Positions 58,546 through 64,000 of a DNA stretch of 64,000 nucleotides are shown piece after piece (positions within the stretch are counted from its first letter, which is position 1; each line of letters opens with the position of its first letter). The stretch comes from Amoebophrya sp. A120. Lineage: Eukaryota > Protista > Dinoflagellata. The DNA is taken from the NCBI GenBank assembly GCA_905178155.1, contig CAJINV010000004.1, positions 9,355,360 to 9,419,359 on the forward strand, in the 5' to 3' direction. Below the pieces are notes generated by a model, which had not been told where the DNA came from, searched no databases, and worked only from the letters and a program-made list of their open reading frames with translations. The position numbers and the translations under genes are program-made.

Positions 58546-61500
58546 ATGCCACCACTCAGCTGCTGCCACGACCGAGGGCCGGACTTATCCGAGACCACCT
58601 TCAGGAGCACAGCTCCGTGTAATTCGTCATCTTCGCCCAGCTCTACTAGTTCGTCGAGCAGTGCGAAAGCAAGATATCGACATGGAGAAATGAGGTTTCG
58701 AGCAAGAAGAACCCCCGCCGTTTTAGGTGCAGCAGCCTGTTGGACAACCGCACTCCTTCCCAACATCCAGGAAATCTTGTTTCAGGCAAATTTGAATTTC
58801 CACCAAAATCTTGTCGCCGCAAAGCAGCACAGGAGCACAAGGAAGAGCAGCGAGCACCACCAACAGGGACGAGAAAAGCAAGAGTCTCTCCTCGATGCTG
58901 CGTTAAGCTCCGTGAAGAAGAGCGCAGAAGACCTTCTCCACTGGCGCGGCGAGGGACAAAACTTTCGAGTACACAAAAAAATGATCGTCAAAGTGAAGAA
59001 GCTATCCTGTGCAAAAGTATCGTACTCGTAGTAATTGCAATCATGCATGACAAATTGCCCATCTTAGGCAAATCAGCATTACAAATTGCACTTTTCTCTT
59101 TGAAAAAATTTGTAATGCAATCTATACTAGTACGATACTTTTGTAATGCATAGAAGCGGAAGAGGAGCAAAAAACGGAGTGGTGCAAGAACCGCCGCGGC
59201 TGGTCGAAAATCATCATCCTCTTCCACCTCTGCCGGCAGAGTCTACTCGTCCACCTCGAGTAGTAGTAGAAGTGGCCGATTGCAAGATGGGCATCGTCAA
59301 GATGAACGCCAGCAGCTTCGAAAGATGAACAAGAAACAGAGAAGGAAAGCCGCGAAAGGAGCTGCTGCAGCAGCAGCAGCAACAGCTGCTGCACAGATGA
59401 GAGGTCTTCAGAAGAAGACCTTGAGAAGCGAAAAACTACTAGTACGCGAAGACGAGAAAGATGGTAGTGGGAGTGAAGAGGAGATTCCGGATGAAGAAGT
59501 AGACAAAATGATGAACGAGAATAGCGAAACATTGCATCCGGACGAGCCCGTGGGGCTGGACGCCACGACAAGCACAACGAGCACTTCCACGACAAGCACA
59601 AGCACGACTTCTACTACGACGACGAAAGCCGGAACGTCTACAGGAAGTTTTTCTGGCGCGTCAATCCGGATGCCGGGCCCTGCCCCTGCGCCAGCTCCGA
59701 CCTCCTCGTCTTTGGTGCAGCACGATTGGGACGATGGGGACAACTCGACCGAAGCACCGCAAAGGACCACTGCAGGAGCAGTACAAATACAAGACGCGGA
59801 TGACACAAACTCGACAACGATGTCGCCCCCAAAGGATGCTGCTGGACAACATCAAGGAAGCTCCTCGTCAGCCTACCTCACAACCGCACAAAATAACGTC
59901 TTCCACAACCTGACCAACCGGAGCAGCGAGCAGATTGGCGAGTCCATCAGCACAACATCAAGTTCTACTACTTCCACAACCGCTGCGACAACGACGACAT
60001 TAGCTGGCGGCGATTTTTACACGCCTGAGGCGATGGTGCTGGCAAGGAATAATAAGGCGGGTGACGATGAAGACGATGAAATAAATCGGACACAATCCTA
60101 CCTGCAGAAGCAAGACGTGGTGATTCGCCGGAGGATTCCGGTGAGTCAATACGGGCAGAACAACCTCCAAGGGGCTCCTGTGGCGGGTGGACAGCAAGTG
60201 CTGCAAGCAGGTGCAGGGCCAAGCTATCCGCAGCCGGCGCTAGTAGTGCAAGGAGGTAATGGCTACGCTGCGCAGCCACCGCCGGCGCTATACGAAGATC
60301 CGCAGTTTCTCGCAACGGCCTCAGACGGGCAGCAGTTGGTGCAGTCGAACCTCCTCCAGGGAACAGTGAATGGCATGGTCAAAAATGATGTTGTCCCGCA
60401 GCAAAATAATCAAGTCCCGCAAGAACAGCAGCAGCTACAATCCCGTCAGCGTGTTTTCGCCACGGTGAGTACTACCGGAACGCCAAATGGACCGCAGATT
60501 CAAGTCCCGCAAATGTACAACAACCCAACGACAACTAAGCAGTTTGCAATCAACCAAGACGGATTGGAAGATGAGGAACAGCTTGACGACTGGCCAGCAA
60601 CTACGAACAGCTACGAAGAGGATGGGGAGTACGAGGACAGCTACGATAGCGGGGAGGACGATTACGATTCCGGTGAAGACGCAGCTTATCTAGAAGAGCA
60701 AGGCGATGACAGCGACGAAGACGATAGCACGAATAGTACCACGACGGGGTTTGTCGACACGAACACGTTTCGGGAAGAATGTACTTGTGTTTTTCTCGAC
60801 TTTTTTCGGAAGTGAAAAATGGCCATGGCGATTAAGAAGTTGTACGGAACTTCCGGTATCGCTTTTCGAAGCGGCCTCACCGAGATGAGAAATAAAAAAT
60901 CGTGCATGATGCGCATGCCATATTACCCATTCTTGATTTGGAATCACAACATACAACAGGTGATGCCGCGACACTGGTGGCCGCCTGGAAAGCTTGTGGG
61001 ATCAAGGACAGTTCGCTGAAAGATTACAAAGCGGGCGAAAACACCAGCGATTTGGTGTGGGAAGTGAAACAAAGTACTGCTACTGTGTTGAAAAAGTCTG
61101 CTCAGATGATTTGCGATTCTGCCAAACCATTTTGACGTGCTCGGAGTCCATTGTGATGCCAAGCACACTTTCCTTCTGCAGCCCTAATATTTCTGAATCC
61201 AAAAGAAAAAACACATTCTTATCAAATACAGCCCACCTCTGCAACACCATCTGCATGTTGGCCTCCGAGATCTGCGCAGACCTCACCGGCCTAGCCGTAT
61301 CAAATGTAAAAATGTCTGGGTCTGGAAGAATGCAACTTGTGATGCTCATGCTGCATTTGGATGTCTAAAACTAAAAAATTTGTGTTGCATGAGCAGCAAA
61401 AGGAATCTAATTTCTGCTACGCGGAGAGGGCATTTGTCATGCAGAATAGGCATCAAGAACCCCTCAAAAAACCTGTGATGCTAGGTCATGCATCACAGAG

Positions 61501-61993
61501 ACCACGGCTCATGCAAATCGTGCATCACAAGTCTCAGAACCTTCCAGACCCAGACATTTTTACACTTGAGAAGCCGCCCGGCGGTACGACGAAGTTACCT
61601 GCTCGCGTTACTGGAACCGGGTGTCGGAGGAATCCATAGTGGTCACGGAAACCAACGACTATCGAATAAAAGAGTGTTAACTTTAACGGTTTTCACAGAT
61701 GGCAGTCATGCATTACAAATTTTGCCTTCCGTGCATGGTACGCAATACAAATTTGCGCGCCTCTTCAGATGCATCCCTGCATCACAAATTCCGTTAACGT
61801 TAGCACTTTTTCTTGTGATAGCGACGCGTCGTCCAAAGCCATGTTCTTCGGGTGGAGACTGCAGCTGCTGTTCACCTTTGTGTTCCTGCTGTTTTCGGTC
61901 AGCGGCTTCGGGGATCATGATCATGGAGGGTTCCTCGGTACTACAGCAGCCTCGTCGGTCGGAAGGAGCAGGCAAGTGCAGGGGGTGTGGTGA
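58546..61993 (+). CDS. Putative secreted/membrane mucin-like protein with a Cys-containing C-terminal domain and hydrophobic tail (~836 aa; start may be 58690)
   Basis: Exons 58546-59002, 59158-60780, 60960-61073, 61232-61297, 61577-61659, 61826-61993 are in frame (3 introners; GT-AG introns 60781-60959 and 61074-61231). Thr/Ser runs; tail LQLLFTFVFLLFSV. Confidence 0.75.
59003..59152. mobile_element. Introner, family B (150 bp), DR GAAGC
   Basis: TATCCTGTGCAAAAGTATCGTACTCGTAGTAAT...TATACTAGTACGATACTTTTGTAATGCATA. Frame restored. Confidence 0.93.
61298..61571. mobile_element. Introner, family A, DR AGCCG
   Basis: Family A TIRs (right end ...TTGAGA). Excision gives TGLA-A-RRYDEV. Confidence 0.92.
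61660..61820. mobile_element. Introner, family J, DR ACGAC/GCGAC
   Basis: TATCGAATAAAAGAGTGTTAACTTTAACGG...CCGTTAACGTTAGCACTTTTTCTTGTGATA. Excision gives ETND-ASSKAM. Confidence 0.88.
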
Positions 61994-62839
61994 TCAACAT
62001 GGTGACAACTGTCATCGAAGAGCTCGAAGATCATCGAACATTTACAGGCGAGCCGCGAACAAATTCTAAAGTGAAAGATTGTTTTGTTATGACGATTTGT
62101 TGAACTAGTACCCAGTAAAGGCTTTTCTTGCTGCTTGAGCTTTCAACTCTTGTACGATTACACCAGATTTTAATGAATTTCAATTTTCCGAGAAACCAAT
62201 ACTAACCGATAATTTAACAAACTAGTCACAGAAGCAACAAATGCACCAAGAAATGTAGAATTTCGATTCATCGGAATCAAAGAACGGGTCCGCGGTCCTG
62301 CTCCTGCGGGCTCGACACTAGAAATGAACTTGTATCAACGCGTTAAGTCGAGAAACAAATGAAAAAAGATCCAGGTTTATAATTTGCGACGAGCTTGTTC
62401 TGCCAACACGTCGGAGATGAAGTGGCAATACGCTTCGAGCGCCGTCACAGCGATTGGTGTCTACTCCGCTTGTTCACAAGAAAGAATGACAGACTGCCTA
62501 GAACATCAGAGGCCGTATGCGTGAGCGCGGAGCCGGACTACAACGCATATTCGGAGCAGCAATGAGGGAGAGTCCCGTCTGCTTGTGAAAAAAAAGAGCA
62601 TCGTTTTTTGGACGAGCGGAAGCTGCTTGGGAACGTCGCTTTTTCGCAAAAATGTGCAAAAACCATTTTCTTTATTGAATGAGTGCGCATTTTCGTCCAC
62701 GGACGTTGAGCAAGCCTTTATCATTATCTTGACGGCCAAACCTTCAGCGTAGGTGCTGTTGACCCTATGATGATGATCATGCACGCGATATTATAACATC
62801 AGTGCCCAACGCGAGCGCCAGGCAGGGGGAATTCTTGAA

Positions 62840-64000
62840 ATGACGACGAGTTGTGTAGCCAAATCGGCGCGAGGTGTCTTGCTGCTCTTCCTCACCTCAT
62901 TTGCTCTAATACCGGGCGGTGTAGTTTACGGGATAGAGAGCAGCCGCAGCGCAGGAGATCTTCCAGCAAGTTCAGGTGGAACAACTACCATTTACAACAT
63001 TCCTCCACCAGAGCTCGATGTTGGCGGTCACGTCAGATTCACTGCGGACGAAATCGAGGGGGAGCTTCCCGCAATACCAAGCTTTCTCATCACAAAAGCA
63101 GGAGAAAAAGCAAGCAGAAGCACCAAAGAAGAAGTTGGCATCCGTGGTGACGGGCGACTGTTGCGCGCGGAAAGCAAGACGTCTAGGACCACATCTTTTT
63201 CACAAGTGCAACGGGAAGGCGGCCAGACGGTGCTCCTTCAGGAAAACAACCAAAACGAAAACAAGAACCCTCCAATAGCAATAGCAAACGCAAAGGGCAC
63301 GTCCGAAAAGAAACTCTTCGAAGAAACGAACGCAGCCGCATCGAAACAGGCACGGCACGACTTCTCTCGTCGGCCCGCCGCGGGTCACTCTTCATCCCCA
63401 AACCAACATGGCATAACAGCTCAAAATGAAACTGAGGCATCGCTCGTTGTCGCCAGCAGGACGAGTAGTAGAAAAACTAAACAATCACACAGAAGTAGTA
63501 TAACAAGGAACAGCATCGACCCCGAAAACCCGAAAAACCCGACCTGGTGGCAGTGGCAGCTCGTTTGGGTCGAAACCCTCGGCGGGCACAACAGCGAGGA
63601 CAAGTGCCGACTCCAAGTCCCATTAGCACAGGATCAAACCAACCAGTGGTACACGGATTTCAAGACCGCAGAGCAACACTGCAGCTCCAGTCTCCTCTGC
63701 ACCTACGTCCACGACCACGATGGGAATGCATTGCACGCTGCCCGCCTGGACCTCGACGCGGACCCGGTGAAGTTCCAGACGACGCCAGCAAACGACCACT
63801 ATCGCATCTGCGACATGTCCGTGATGTCGACACAGTACGAACACGCGTGGAGCCCGAGCCACAATCAGCCGGCCGCCAGTGTGGAAAACACGCTGTCGAA
63901 TCAGGGGCAGGGAAACGCGAACAACTACGATCTCGCTCTGAAGAAAACCAATGTGCAGCTCCCCTTTGACCAGTTTTTCCCGATCATGCACGAAGAAAAG
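62840..64000 (+). CDS. Putative secreted protein, 3'-partial (absent from the ORF track because it has no stop in the window)
   Basis: Hand translation from ATG 62840 is open to the window end (387 codons); signal-peptide-like MTTSCVAKSARGVLLLFLTSFALIPGGVVYG. Confidence 0.8.
   Translation, partial: MTTSCVAKSARGVLLLFLTSFALIPGGVVYGIESSRSAGDLPASSGGTTTIYNIPPPELDVGGHVRFTADEIEGELPAIPSFLITKAGEKASRSTKEEVGIRGDGRLLRAESKTSRTTSFSQVQREGGQTVLLQENNQNENKNPPIAIANAKGTSEKKLFEETNAAASKQARHDFSRRPAAGHSSSPNQHGITAQNETEASLVVASRTSSRKTKQSHRSSITRNSIDPENPKNPTWWQWQLVWVETLGGHNSEDKCRLQVPLAQDQTNQWYTDFKTAEQHCSSSLLCTYVHDHDGNALHAARLDLDADPVKFQTTPANDHYRICDMSVMSTQYEHAWSPSHNQPAASVENTLSNQGQGNANNYDLALKKTNVQLPFDQFFPIMHEEK

Noticed and set aside
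4521-61571. Recurring peptides in the ORF track (CKSIVLV, KMSGSG, QTQTFLHL, CKNVWVWK) as a protein repeat domain
   Set aside because: They are translations of element TIRs in various frames.

Overview
This is eukaryotic, gene-dense DNA, most consistent with a parasitic dinoflagellate of the Amoebophrya/Syndiniales type (inferred from intron architecture and a DinoSL-like relic). All nine reconstructed genes lie on the + strand: a giant low-complexity/coiled-coil protein, an FkbM-type methyltransferase, a mitochondrial carrier, a ~5,100-aa ATM-like PIKK kinase, two proteins with Cys-rich N-termini, a GT47/exostosin glycosyltransferase, a mucin-like membrane protein, and a secreted protein running off the right edge. 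The dominant signal is 23 complete (plus 1 partial and 1 candidate) MITE-like elements of 109-321 bp inside coding sequence. Nearly all run TAT...ATA, with terminal inverted repeats (TIRs) and a 5-bp flanking direct repeat (DR). They lack GT-AG ends, occur in both orientations, and fall into about 10 families that share an internal TTTGTNATGC motif. Removing each element plus one DR copy restores the reading frame in all 23 cases and rebuilds conserved motifs (carrier PFDTVKTRLQ; ATM kinase domain), so they behave as non-canonical introner-type introns. The DR mismatch pattern suggests a specific cut register (N-TAT...ATA-NNNN). The window also holds a 6.7-kb non-LTR retroelement with a 14-bp TSD, a spliced-leader-like 5' end, an internal poly(A) and a zinc-finger insert in the RT region, plus a tRNA-like Pol III element and a 100-N gap. 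All coordinates and splices were worked out by hand, with no database or RNA evidence.
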